60,342 nt of DNA from Acidobacteriota bacterium (GTDB lineage: Bacteria > Acidobacteriota > UBA6911 > JACQSX01). The stretch spans positions 1 through 60,342 of the forward strand of contig DASXTB010000111.1 in NCBI GenBank assembly GCA_036505615.1, in the 5' to 3' direction. The number at the start of each line of letters is the position of its first letter. The first letter of the stretch is position 1. The position numbers and the translations under genes were made by a program. Below, one piece after another: positions 8,717 through 18,461 of the stretch. The notes under the pieces are model-generated. The model worked only from the letters and a program-made list of their open reading frames with translations. It did not search any database and was not told the DNA's origin.

Positions 8717-8770
8717 CTGCAACTTTCCAATGCGGGCAGGCCTTATGCCCGCCGTGACAGGGGAGGAGAC

Positions 8771-11700
8771 ATGAAGGGGAGCGAAGTGTGGAGGCTGTTG
8801 TGGATTTCCGTGCTGGTGTTAGCCTGTAACGGCATTGCATGGGCTCAGTTCGACACGGGGCAGATTTCCGGGTTTGTTCGGGATAGCGCCGGGTTGGTCA
8901 TCCCCGGGGTTACCATCACGGCCGTCAATGAGGGGAACCGCCAGCAGCGCCAGACCATAAGCAACGATCAGGGCTACTACGTCTTCCCCAACCTGATGGT
9001 CGGGACGTATACCATCACAGCGGAGTTGGCGGGCTTCAAACGTTTCGTGAAGACCGGCATCAGCTTGAGCGCCGCCGCCAAGGTGAGCGCAGATGCCGCG
9101 CTAGATGTCGGAGAGATCTCGGACACAGTCCAAGTGATGTCGTCGTCGGCTGCGGTCCAGACGGACACTGCAGTACTGGGGCGGACGGTGAGCGAGCGGG
9201 AGCTGGCGGTCATGCCGCTGAGCGGACGCAATCCGGTCTTTCTCGCGCGGATGAAGGCAGGAGTGATCGGCGGCCGGCTGTCGAGCTTTGGCGGTGGCGA
9301 CCTGGGTACCGGGATTCAGTCGATCAGTGGCGGCCGCGCGAACGACGTGTTGGTCACCGTCGACGGGGCGATCGCCAACCGGACGCGCTCGACGGACAAC
9401 ACCATGCTGGGGGCCCAAGACATCGAGACCGTGAAAGAAATCCAGGTCCTGACATCCAACTACTCGGCCGAGTACGGGCGGGCCTCATCCGGCATTGTCC
9501 GTATGGTGACAAAGAGCGGAACTCAGCAGTTCCACGGAACCCTGACCGAGCTTTTGCAGAATTCCGTGCTCAACGCCAACACGTGGTCGCGCAATGCCAG
9601 CGGGAATCCGCTGCTGGCCAAGTCTGAACCCTTGCGATACAACCAGTTCGGCTTCACTCTGGGAGGCCCGGTTTTCATTCCCGGGAAATTCAATTCCGAC
9701 AGGAGCAAGCTCTTTTTCTTCTGGGGTGAAGGGTGGATTCGCCGCCGAGAGGAGGCCACGCTGACCCTCACCAGTCCCACTGGTGCCATGCGCAACGGTA
9801 ACTTGAGCGAATTGCTGGATCCTGGAAACGTTTTTTTCCGCCGGTCAAGGGTGGTCACCGATCCCGACTCAGGGAAGCCTTTTCCGAACAACATCATCCC
9901 GACCAATCGGCTCAGTCCCCAGGGTCAGGCGCTTTTAAGAGCCTACCCGGAACCCACACCCGGGTTTCTCCAGGGGACGGCGAACTGGATCGGATCTTTC
10001 CCTTCCTGGACAGACCAGCGCACGGACACGCTCAGGATCGACTACCTGATCAGCAGCCGGCACAGCCTCGCCTTCCGCGGCACACATATTCCGTATCGTT
10101 TCAACAGCCTCAATGGGTCGAGTATCTATGATGAGCTGTGGTCAAGACCCAATCGCACCGCAGCCCTCACCCTCACCAGCTCGTTCTCACGCACCTTCCT
10201 GAACGAGTTCACGCTGTCTGCCAACTCCGATGGGCTCGGCGAGATCGCTGCCGACACGGCTTGCGGCGCGCGTTGCCGCCGGAGCACTTACGGGATCAAC
10301 TTTCCCTTCCTCTTTCCCGTCGCGACCAAACTTGATCCCGAGAAGCCTCCCAGAATCCAGGTGGCGGGGCTGAGTACGCTGGACAACGGGCCCTATCCAG
10401 GCACGTGGGCGGGCTTCGTGTACGCCCTGAGCAACAACATGACCAAGATCGTGGGCAGCCACACAATGAAGTGGGGGATCTTCATCGAGCGTTCGGGACA
10501 GAACGACAAAATTCAGTTCACGACTGCTTCACCCCCCGCTACCAATAACCAGGATGGAGCCTTTCGCTTCTTTGACACGGGACACCCCAAAGCGACAGGC
10601 GTAGCCATAGCCAACGTTCTGCTGGGGAATTTCAACGACTATTCGGAGTTGGGCCAAAAGCCCATGACACCCTTTGTGGCCAACCATTTTGATGGGTTCG
10701 TCCAGGACAGTTGGAAGGTGACGCCGAGGCTGAGCGTGGAGCCCGGGTTGCGGTATTCCCTCTGGCAGCCCTGGCGCAGCAAGTGGAATACGCTGGCTAT
10801 GTTTCATCCGCAATTCTATGATCCGGCTCGGGCGGCGGTGGTGGACCGGGCAGGGGGATTCATTGTGAGCGGCAACCCTTACAACGGGATCGTGATGCCA
10901 GGCAGCCAGCCGTTGGACAGCGCCTTGGGCCGCTTCCCCTTCCTGCGCGACTTCCAGGATCTTTATCACGGTCTGCCCGATGGCTTCGCAAGGACTCACA
11001 AGGGGGACTTTCAGCCCCGGCTCGGAGTGGCCTATGCCGTGAACTCGAAGACCGCTGTCCGGGCGGGTGCGGGATTGTTCTTGAACCGCATCGCCATCAA
11101 TCGCGATATCGCTCTTGGAGGCAATCCACCATTTACCCAGCAGCAGACGGTCATCAACGGCATCGTGGATGCGCCGGGAGGCGCCAGCCGGCGCGACTTT
11201 CCCTTTACTCTGACCATGCAGGATCCCATCCTGAAGCATCCCAGGGCCTGGACGTGGAACGTGGCGGTGCAGCGAGAATTGCCTTCAAGTATCTCTGTGG
11301 AAGTGGCCTACGTCGGCCGTCGCGGCTACTACAACCAGCGCAAGCGCAATATCAACCAGTTGCTGCCCGGGACTGTGCAGGCAAATCCAGGGATCAACGT
11401 GAACGCCTTGCGTCCCTTTCGGGGGATGGGGATTATCGGGCTGTCCGAGAACTCAGGAATTACACGATACAATGCGCTACAGATCAGCGTCGACCGCCGA
11501 ATGAGCTCGGGCCTGCAGTTCGGTTTCGCGTACACTTTCTCCCGGAACATGGATAACGGCTCCGGAGAAACGGAGCTGTTGCCCGACTCCTATGACGACA
11601 AGAGCTACTACGGGATCTCCAACCTGGACCGCACGCACGTGATCTTGGGGCACTTCATTTACGAGTTGCCCTTTGGGGGCGGGCCGCGGCTGACGCGGGC

Positions 11701-12157
11701 GCTGCTCGGCGGCTGGGCGATATCCGGAATTACCCAGATCCAGTCTGGATCCCCTTTCAGCGTTCGCTTCAGCCAAGACTATGCGGGCGTGGGGCCCGGC
11801 AGCGGAGACCAGTTCTGGCAGCAGGTGGGAGATCCACGGATCGATCATACGAGCTTCACGACTTCGGCGGTGTGGTTTAATCGAGCCGCATTCGCACAAC
11901 CAGCCCCCGGGACATTCGGAGCTCAGCCCCGCAATGCCCTGCGCAATCCCGGTTTCTGGGAAGTGAACCTGTCGGTTCGGCGCAGCTTCCGCGTGACTGA
12001 AAATCAAGCTTTCGACTTTCGCTGGGAGGCCTTCAACGCCCTGAACCATCCGACTCTTGGCGGGGCCAACAGCAATCCCACCAGCGGATCCTTTGGGTTA
12101 GTCACCAGCAAGACTGGTAACCGGAACATGCAGGTCGTCCTGCAGTACCGCTTCTGA
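8771..12157 (+). CDS. TonB-dependent receptor with N-terminal carboxypeptidase-regulatory-like domain
   Basis: Same architecture as the upstream paralogue (GFVRDSAGLVIPGVTITAVNEGN...GTYTITAELAGFK; ends ...VLQYRF). GGGAGGAG RBS. Confidence 0.85.
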   Translation: MKGSEVWRLLWISVLVLACNGIAWAQFDTGQISGFVRDSAGLVIPGVTITAVNEGNRQQRQTISNDQGYYVFPNLMVGTYTITAELAGFKRFVKTGISLSAAAKVSADAALDVGEISDTVQVMSSSAAVQTDTAVLGRTVSERELAVMPLSGRNPVFLARMKAGVIGGRLSSFGGGDLGTGIQSISGGRANDVLVTVDGAIANRTRSTDNTMLGAQDIETVKEIQVLTSNYSAEYGRASSGIVRMVTKSGTQQFHGTLTELLQNSVLNANTWSRNASGNPLLAKSEPLRYNQFGFTLGGPVFIPGKFNSDRSKLFFFWGEGWIRRREEATLTLTSPTGAMRNGNLSELLDPGNVFFRRSRVVTDPDSGKPFPNNIIPTNRLSPQGQALLRAYPEPTPGFLQGTANWIGSFPSWTDQRTDTLRIDYLISSRHSLAFRGTHIPYRFNSLNGSSIYDELWSRPNRTAALTLTSSFSRTFLNEFTLSANSDGLGEIAADTACGARCRRSTYGINFPFLFPVATKLDPEKPPRIQVAGLSTLDNGPYPGTWAGFVYALSNNMTKIVGSHTMKWGIFIERSGQNDKIQFTTASPPATNNQDGAFRFFDTGHPKATGVAIANVLLGNFNDYSELGQKPMTPFVANHFDGFVQDSWKVTPRLSVEPGLRYSLWQPWRSKWNTLAMFHPQFYDPARAAVVDRAGGFIVSGNPYNGIVMPGSQPLDSALGRFPFLRDFQDLYHGLPDGFARTHKGDFQPRLGVAYAVNSKTAVRAGAGLFLNRIAINRDIALGGNPPFTQQQTVINGIVDAPGGASRRDFPFTLTMQDPILKHPRAWTWNVAVQRELPSSISVEVAYVGRRGYYNQRKRNINQLLPGTVQANPGINVNALRPFRGMGIIGLSENSGITRYNALQISVDRRMSSGLQFGFAYTFSRNMDNGSGETELLPDSYDDKSYYGISNLDRTHVILGHFIYELPFGGGPRLTRALLGGWAISGITQIQSGSPFSVRFSQDYAGVGPGSGDQFWQQVGDPRIDHTSFTTSAVWFNRAAFAQPAPGTFGAQPRNALRNPGFWEVNLSVRRSFRVTENQAFDFRWEAFNALNHPTLGGANSNPTSGSFGLVTSKTGNRNMQVVLQYRF

Positions 12158-12287
12158 TACGGGCTGATCCCGAGCAAACCGGGCGAGCGGCAGATACAGC
12201 TTTTGGTAACAACGTTTGTCTTCTCCGCTGCCTCGGTCGGGAAATTCGTGATTGATCCTGGCTAGATTCATTTTCCAGGGCTGTACC

Positions 12288-14489
12288 GTGAGATCAAAAA
12301 AGACTTCTTCGAAAGCCATAACCCGCCGCCAGTTCATCGCTCTCGCTGGCGCCTCGGTGATTGTCACCGCAGCCGGAAAGCCGGCGGCAAATGAAAAACC
12401 CTGGTATGCCTCCATGCGGCGCTGCGGGCAGATCAATTTCAATGAGCGCGACCCGCTCACCATGGATGTCGAAGGGTGGGCCGATTATTGGGCGTCGCTG
12501 AAGGTGAATGCCGTGCTGCTCAATGGAGGCGGGATTGTGGCCTTCTATCCGACTCAGGTCCCGTACCATCATCGCAGTGAATTCTTAGGCGCTCGCGATC
12601 TTTTTGGCGAAATGGTCGCTGCCGTTAAGAAGCGCGGCATTCACGCAGTGGCTCGCATGGATTGCAATTATTCTTACGAAGAGGGGCTGCGGGCCCATCC
12701 GGAATGGTTCGAGCGCAATCGCGACGGATCTCCTCGAAAGCACGGAGAGTCTCCGTGGCTGTTCAAAACTTGCATGTTCAGCACATACTTTTCCGAACAA
12801 ATGCCAAAGATTTATCGCGAGATCAATCAACGATACCCGGTTGACGCGTTCTTCACCAACGGCTGGCCCAGCACCGGCGCTCTAACAGTTTGCCATTGCG
12901 CCAGCTGCCAGAAGGTGTACGACAGGGTGGGGGGAGTTCCTCCCGATCAAACCGATGCCACCAGTGCTCTTTATCGAAAGTACTACGGCACATATATGGA
13001 TCGGGTGCTTGAGATCTGGAAACTTTGGGACTCCATCGCCAAGGAGAAAAAGACGGACTCGGTGTACGTAGGGAATCTGGGCGGCGGAATTCGCACTGTC
13101 AAGAGTGTCAAGCAGCTTGGCGAAGTCGCCGGTTGGTTCAATGCCGACCATCAAGGGCGGTCTGGTGATACACCGATATGGGACTGTGCGCAGCAGGGCA
13201 GAGTAGCGCAGTCGGTGATGAAAGGACGGACAATCACCAATGTCACCGGCGCCTACAGCAACAGCAGTCCCACCTGGCGGCACGTGGCCAAGTCCCCCTC
13301 CGAAGCCACGATGTGGATGGCTCAGACCACGGCCAGCGGCATGGTCCCCTGGTTCCACTGGCTGGGTGGCGCGCCGGAAGACAACCGCTGGAGAGAAGTG
13401 GGACGCGCGTTCTTCAACTGGCTGGCAGCCAACGAGCCTCATTTTAGAAACAGGAGCTCAATCGCGGACTTGGGCGTCTTGTATCCGCAGCGCACCATTG
13501 CTTTCTACAGATCCGGTTCAGGACCGGGAAGCTGGAGAGGGGCGGAGAGGAATCAGACGACTGAATACCTGCAGGGGACCTACTACGCGCTGCTGGAGGG
13601 ACGTTTTGTTTTCGATTTTGTTCACCAGGAAGACCTGACGCCCGAAACGCTACGCAAATATCGGGCTCTGCTGATCCCTAATGCGGCTTACCTGAGCGAC
13701 GAAGAGTGCCGGCAGATTCGCCAATATGCCGCGGGAGGCGGTTCGGTGATGGCGACGTTTGAAACATCGCGCTACTGCGAATGGGGCGATCTTCGGCCTG
13801 ATTTTACGCTGGCCGATTTGCTGGGAGCAAGCGTTGCGGGAGAAGTAATCGGTCCGCACGGGAACAGCTACATGCGCATCGAGCAGAGGACTTCCGTTAC
13901 CAGCGGCTTTGAAGGGACCGCGCTGCTGCCCGGACCGGAGAACCGGGTACCGATCCGGGCTCGAGAAACGTCGCCGCCAGTGCTGACTGTCGTACCGCAT
14001 TACCCGGCGTTTCCGCCGGAGATGGTTTTTCCTCGCACTCCGAGAACAGATCAACCGGCGGCGATCTTTCGGGAAAGCGGGAGTTCGCGGGTGGCCTACT
14101 TCGCGGGCGACATCGACCGAACTTTTTGGCGCTCGGGAAGTATCGACCTGAGCCAATTGCTCCGGAATTCTGTCGCCTGGGTGCTGGGCGGCAAGCGCCC
14201 AGTGACCGTGCAGGGTGAAGGCGTCGTCGAGATTTTTGCCTGGGAAACAGAGCCCGGCTACGCCTTGCACGTGCTTAACTACACCAATCCGAACATGACT
14301 CGTGGATTTATGCGGCGGTTTTACGCCATCGGGCCGCAGTCGGTCGATTTTGACGTCCCTGTAGTAAAAAGAATCGCCGGCGTGCGCGCGCTGCGTGCGG
14401 GACGGAACCTGCCGTTCCGACAGGCGGGACGGACAGTTCATTTTCAAATACCGTCGATAGTGGATTACGAAGTGATTGCCTTGACATGA
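12288..14489 (+). CDS. Tat-exported glycoside-hydrolase-like protein (GHL6-like TIM barrel plus beta-galactosidase-trimerisation-like domain)
   Basis: Twin-arginine motif TRRQFIALAGA shortly after GTG 12288. The N-terminal half resembles GHL6-type putative glycosidases (VAFYPTQVPYHHRSEFLG.RDLFGEMV...HPEWF). The C-terminal part resembles the GATase1-like trimerisation domain (ALLIPNAAYLSDEE..GGGSVMATFETS). Function is not proven. Confidence 0.6.
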   Translation: MRSKKTSSKAITRRQFIALAGASVIVTAAGKPAANEKPWYASMRRCGQINFNERDPLTMDVEGWADYWASLKVNAVLLNGGGIVAFYPTQVPYHHRSEFLGARDLFGEMVAAVKKRGIHAVARMDCNYSYEEGLRAHPEWFERNRDGSPRKHGESPWLFKTCMFSTYFSEQMPKIYREINQRYPVDAFFTNGWPSTGALTVCHCASCQKVYDRVGGVPPDQTDATSALYRKYYGTYMDRVLEIWKLWDSIAKEKKTDSVYVGNLGGGIRTVKSVKQLGEVAGWFNADHQGRSGDTPIWDCAQQGRVAQSVMKGRTITNVTGAYSNSSPTWRHVAKSPSEATMWMAQTTASGMVPWFHWLGGAPEDNRWREVGRAFFNWLAANEPHFRNRSSIADLGVLYPQRTIAFYRSGSGPGSWRGAERNQTTEYLQGTYYALLEGRFVFDFVHQEDLTPETLRKYRALLIPNAAYLSDEECRQIRQYAAGGGSVMATFETSRYCEWGDLRPDFTLADLLGASVAGEVIGPHGNSYMRIEQRTSVTSGFEGTALLPGPENRVPIRARETSPPVLTVVPHYPAFPPEMVFPRTPRTDQPAAIFRESGSSRVAYFAGDIDRTFWRSGSIDLSQLLRNSVAWVLGGKRPVTVQGEGVVEIFAWETEPGYALHVLNYTNPNMTRGFMRRFYAIGPQSVDFDVPVVKRIAGVRALRAGRNLPFRQAGRTVHFQIPSIVDYEVIALT

Positions 14490-14549
14490 TCGTCCACGAA
14501 AGCCGGATTATTCACAAGATTTTCGTTCTAAAGATGTGGATGCAGTTGC

Positions 14550-14740
14550 CGTCCCAGAGAGACGGCCCGAAATAGCCCGGCACTTCGGTGCTGGGATTAA
14601 GGAAAGGCAAGCCACATTTATCCAAAAGTCCCTTACGGACAGCTGATTCAGTCGTTCCTGCAGGACTGCTATTCAAACCGCGTGTTGTCGCCTTTCATTC
14701 CCAGCAGTAAACTGCTGGGCTATTATCACGCTGTCCCTAC
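14550..14740. repeat. MITE-like palindromic element (ATAGCCC...GGGCTAT type)
   Basis: GTCCCAGAGAGACGGCCCGAAATAGCCCGGCACTTCGGTGCTGGGA ... TCCCAGCAGTAAACTGCTGGGCTATTATCACGCTGTCCCTACGAC. Related in build to 25948-26196. Confidence 0.75.
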
Positions 14741-14805
14741 GACAATTCTTTCGCACAGGCGACTGACCACGGACAACGGACAACTGACAATCTAAAGGAA
14801 GGTAC

Positions 14806-15339
14806 ATGGACTTAATTCAAATAGACGACAAAGGCTTGCTCTTTGTCGCGCCCGAGATTGACGACTGGGACCTAATTGCCGAACGGCAAATAAAGGTAGT
14901 AATTGATTTGGACGGAGAGGTGGATCTGGGGGTGCCCAGCGTCCCGGATGGCTTGCTTTACCTCTACTTTCCCATTTATGACGAAAACCTTCCTGATCTG
15001 GTAAGACTTCACGGCCTGGGCAGGTTCGCCGCCGAGATGGTACAACAGAAACGTGCCGTGCTGGCTCATTGTTGCATGGGCTTGAACCGTTCTCCGCTGA
15101 TGGCGGGCGTGATACTCACTTACCTTGGCATGAGCGGGGCAGAGGCGATGGGTCTACTGCGCGAGAAACGCCCCGGTGCGCTGTTCAATGAGCGCTTCGC
15201 CAGATATCTCGCGTCGCTTCGTCCGGATGGCAATGCTGGCCGCGTCCCGAAAGCCCCAATGCAAAGTACAAATAAGTCAGGCCGACAGAATAAATCGAAG
15301 GCAGGCGATGCGAGGCGAGGGGCCCGCACGCAGAACTAG
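14806..15339 (+). CDS. dual-specificity/tyrosine protein phosphatase (HCX5R)
   Basis: Active-site loop AHCCMGLNRS in a small DSP-like fold; AAGGAAGG RBS before ATG 14806. Confidence 0.75.
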   Translation: MDLIQIDDKGLLFVAPEIDDWDLIAERQIKVVIDLDGEVDLGVPSVPDGLLYLYFPIYDENLPDLVRLHGLGRFAAEMVQQKRAVLAHCCMGLNRSPLMAGVILTYLGMSGAEAMGLLREKRPGALFNERFARYLASLRPDGNAGRVPKAPMQSTNKSGRQNKSKAGDARRGARTQN

Positions 15340-15427
15340 TCGTCCCCCTTCCGAGACTGTTGCTCAAATCAGAACCGCGAGCGTGAGAAAACGTGCAAAA
15401 ATCAGAACTGCGCCCCTTCAGGGGAGG

Positions 15428-15500
15428 TATGAAAAATTGATTCAATCTGTACGGGCGACCCTGTGTGGTCACCCGTTGCAGAATCCAGCGAATTTTTCTC
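15428..15500 (-). repeat. partial copy of repeat family F
   Basis: GAAAAATTGATTCAATCTGTACGGGCGACCCTGTGTGGTC matches the reverse complement of 57497-57537. Confidence 0.75.
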
Positions 15501-15593
15501 GGCTCCGTTCCGAAAGTCATCCGCGCGAACTGTGCAATTTGTATTTAGATTTAAATTCTGAAGACCTGACCCCTGAACTGGTAGGAGATAGCG

Positions 15594-16640
15594 ATGCAAA
15601 GGTTAAATCCATGGATCACCCCGCAATTGGCCTATCTTTTGATCGTGTTCGTGCTCCTTTATTCAGAGCTCTGCAGCGCTCAAGACAAGAAAGTCGGCGA
15701 CCCAGAGAAAAACCTGCCCTCTCACATCATCCAACTGACCGCCTTTGGCGAGCGCGCCGTCTATTCGCCCGATGGCAAGCGCATCGCCTTCATGGAAAAG
15801 AGCTACGGCGACGCCTTTGAAATCGACCTGCAGACGAAAATGATCCGGCTGTTGACCGGACATTTCCATCATGAAGGATTCCTCCGAGTTCATTACCTTT
15901 CCAATGGCGACTATTTCCTGATTGGTGCGCGAAAATTTACCGATATTCAGGCCACCCGCGCCCGGGATCAGGAAATGTGGGTCATTAGAGCAGACTTGAA
16001 AACTGCGCCTGTCCCGCTGAATCAAAAGATCTCCGAGGGCGTGGCGACTTCTCGGACGCAGATGAAGATTGCATGGGCAAACACTCACGGTCAGTATCCG
16101 GACCACCTGGCGCAGGGGGAATCGGTTCTGTACACAGCCGATGTCGTCTACAAAGACGGCGTGCCGAATTTAGTGAACAAGAAAGAAGTGATCAGGGCGA
16201 AAGCGCCGGAGTGCACTTTGGAAGCTCAGGATTTTCGTTACAACGATACCGAGTTGATCTACACCTGTTATCGCCAGCCGCATTATGCCGATGTGATGGG
16301 GGTCGATCTCAACACGGGGAAAGTAACCGTGTACAGGAAAGTCCCGGACGAGTACAACGAAGTCGAAGGAATCTACCCGGATGGTAGGTACACTCTGGTG
16401 GAATCCAGCCGCGCTCAGGGCGCAGATCGTCAGAACTCAAAATACATCGACCTTTGGAGGTTGAAGCTGGAGCCGAACAGCACTGATTTCGTGCGCATGA
16501 CGCGTTGGGGCGACTACCAGGGTTACAAGGCGTCGAATCCCGTTGTCAGTCCCGACGGGAAATGGTTCGCCTTTCAATCGGCGCGCAATGATGAACCGGC
16601 TGGAGTAGGACATGGAATCTTCCTGTTCAAACTCAAGTAG
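15594..16640 (+). CDS. secreted beta-propeller protein (PD40/TolB-like repeats)
   Basis: Signal peptide (LIVFVLLYSELCSA) and repeated SPDGK(R/W).AF blade motifs. Confidence 0.65.
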   Translation: MQRLNPWITPQLAYLLIVFVLLYSELCSAQDKKVGDPEKNLPSHIIQLTAFGERAVYSPDGKRIAFMEKSYGDAFEIDLQTKMIRLLTGHFHHEGFLRVHYLSNGDYFLIGARKFTDIQATRARDQEMWVIRADLKTAPVPLNQKISEGVATSRTQMKIAWANTHGQYPDHLAQGESVLYTADVVYKDGVPNLVNKKEVIRAKAPECTLEAQDFRYNDTELIYTCYRQPHYADVMGVDLNTGKVTVYRKVPDEYNEVEGIYPDGRYTLVESSRAQGADRQNSKYIDLWRLKLEPNSTDFVRMTRWGDYQGYKASNPVVSPDGKWFAFQSARNDEPAGVGHGIFLFKLK

Positions 16641-16641
16641 C

Positions 16642-18219
16642 ATGATTTTTCGCAGCCCCTATCCAGACGTTGAGATCCCGGACATTTCTTTAACCCCTTT
16701 TGTGCTGCAACAGGCTAGCGTCCTGGGAGAGAAGCCTGCTCTGATCGATGAGGCGAGCGGTCGAACACTGACTTATAGGCAGCTGGAAAGAGAGGTTCGC
16801 TCGGTTGCTTCCAGTCTGGCTCGGCGCGGTTTTAACAAAGGGGACGTGCTGGCCCTTTTGAGTCCCAACCTTCCGGAATATGCCGTCGCTTTTCTCGCTG
16901 TGTCGCTGCTTGGGGGAGTGAATACCACCATCAATCCTCTCTGCACGGCGGGCGAAATCGAAAAGCAGCTTAGGGATTCGAGCGCAAAGTATCTTGTGAC
17001 TACACCGGCATTATTGGAGAAGGCTTTCGAAGCGGCTGCAAGCCGGAAGGTTCAGGATGTGTTCCTCTTCGGCGGAACAACTGCCGAAACGGCAACACCG
17101 TTTGGAAACCTGCTTGAAGGCAACGGACAGATACCGGAAGTGAAGATCAATCCCCGAGAAGACGTTGTCGCCCTGCCTTACTCCAGCGGAACGACGGGAC
17201 TGCCAAAGGGGGTGATGCTGACTCATCGCAACCTGGTGGCCAACATGCGGCAGATGGATGCAGCGGGACACATCGGCCCCGAGGATACGCTGGCTGGCGT
17301 GCTGCCGTTTTTCCACATCTACGGCATGGTCGTAGTGCTGAATCATGCTCTCTACAAGGGCGCAACCATTGTCTGCATGGCTCGCTTTGATCTGGATCAG
17401 TTTCTTCGCGTTCTGCAGGATTACGGCGTGACCTACGCGCATCTGGTTCCCCCCATCGTTCTGGCGCTGGCCAACCATCCGGATATAGAAAAGTACCGGC
17501 TTTCGAAACTGAGAATGATCATGTCGGGCGCAGCGCCGCTCAGTCCGGAAATTGCCGCCCGCTGCGCCCAGCGCCTCGGTTGCGCCATCAAGCAGGGCTA
17601 CGGAATGACTGAGACCAGCCCGGTGACCCACTTGAGCCCGGAAGATCCGCACAGGATCAAACTCGGCTCAGTCGGGCCGTGCGTGTCCAACACGGAGTGC
17701 AAGATTGTTGACCCAGCGACGGGCGTCGAGTTGGGAGCGAACCAGAAAGGCGAAATCTTGGTCCGTGGCCCGCAGGTGACGAAAGGTTATCTAAACCGCC
17801 CGGATGCGACTGCGCAGGTAATCGATGCGCAAGGGTGGCTTCGCACAGGCGATATCGGTTATGCAGACGAAGACTGCTTTTTCTACATCGTCGACCGTGT
17901 CAAGGAGTTGATAAAGTACAAAGGACTCCAAGTCGCGCCGGCAGAACTGGAAGCCGTGCTCCTATCGCACCCGTCGATCGCGGATGCTGCGGTCATTCCC
18001 AGCCTCGACCAGGAAGCGGGGGAGGTGCCCAAGGCCTTCCTGGTTCTGAAGTCGCAAGCGAGCGCTGAAGAGATCATGCAGTTTGTCGCGTCGCGGGTCG
18101 CGCCTTACAAGAAAATCCGCAGGATCGAGTTCGTCGAGCAGATTCCGAAATCCCCGTCAGGTAAGATTCTGCGACGTGTTCTGGTAGAGCGAGATAGGGC
18201 AGGGATAGGTAAGAAGTGA
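16642..18219 (+). CDS. AMP-dependent acyl-CoA synthetase/ligase (4-coumarate-CoA-ligase-like)
   Basis: Motifs YSSGTTGLPKGV, GYGMTETS, GWLRTGDIGY, KYKGLQVAPAELE, PKSPSGKILRR. ATG 16642 directly follows the upstream stop (TAG 16638-16640). Confidence 0.9.
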   Translation: MIFRSPYPDVEIPDISLTPFVLQQASVLGEKPALIDEASGRTLTYRQLEREVRSVASSLARRGFNKGDVLALLSPNLPEYAVAFLAVSLLGGVNTTINPLCTAGEIEKQLRDSSAKYLVTTPALLEKAFEAAASRKVQDVFLFGGTTAETATPFGNLLEGNGQIPEVKINPREDVVALPYSSGTTGLPKGVMLTHRNLVANMRQMDAAGHIGPEDTLAGVLPFFHIYGMVVVLNHALYKGATIVCMARFDLDQFLRVLQDYGVTYAHLVPPIVLALANHPDIEKYRLSKLRMIMSGAAPLSPEIAARCAQRLGCAIKQGYGMTETSPVTHLSPEDPHRIKLGSVGPCVSNTECKIVDPATGVELGANQKGEILVRGPQVTKGYLNRPDATAQVIDAQGWLRTGDIGYADEDCFFYIVDRVKELIKYKGLQVAPAELEAVLLSHPSIADAAVIPSLDQEAGEVPKAFLVLKSQASAEEIMQFVASRVAPYKKIRRIEFVEQIPKSPSGKILRRVLVERDRAGIGKK

Positions 18220-18269
18220 TCAAAACACTGTGAAATCCCCCGCTTTCGCCAAAATTTGGGCGCTGAGCT

Positions 18270-18398
18270 CGATCACGTTCACGTTCACGAGCACGTCAAC
18301 GTCCACGACTACGACCAATCGAATCGTGAGCGATTGTGTATTCTTCGTCCGCGTAGGCATGGACGTGCTCGTGAACGTGGTCGTGATCGGCTTTTATT
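18270..18398 (+). terminator. long repeat-hairpin followed by U-tract (putative intrinsic terminator of the ligase gene)
   Basis: Arms 18270-18316 and 18356-18390 are complementary (CACGTT-type hexamer arrays). They are followed directly by CTTTTATT. Confidence 0.45.
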
Positions 18399-18461
18399 GG
18401 GTTGCGGCTTTGCCGACCCTATGGCCTTGGCGACTCTAAGCAAGATCATCTGGAGGAAAAA

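Noticed and set aside
15176-15820. 214-aa ORF spanning the phosphatase 3' end, the intergenic repeats and the beta-propeller 5' end
   Set aside because: It overlaps two better-supported genes in other frames and crosses family F repeat DNA. Its Arg-rich, low-information sequence shows no family signal.
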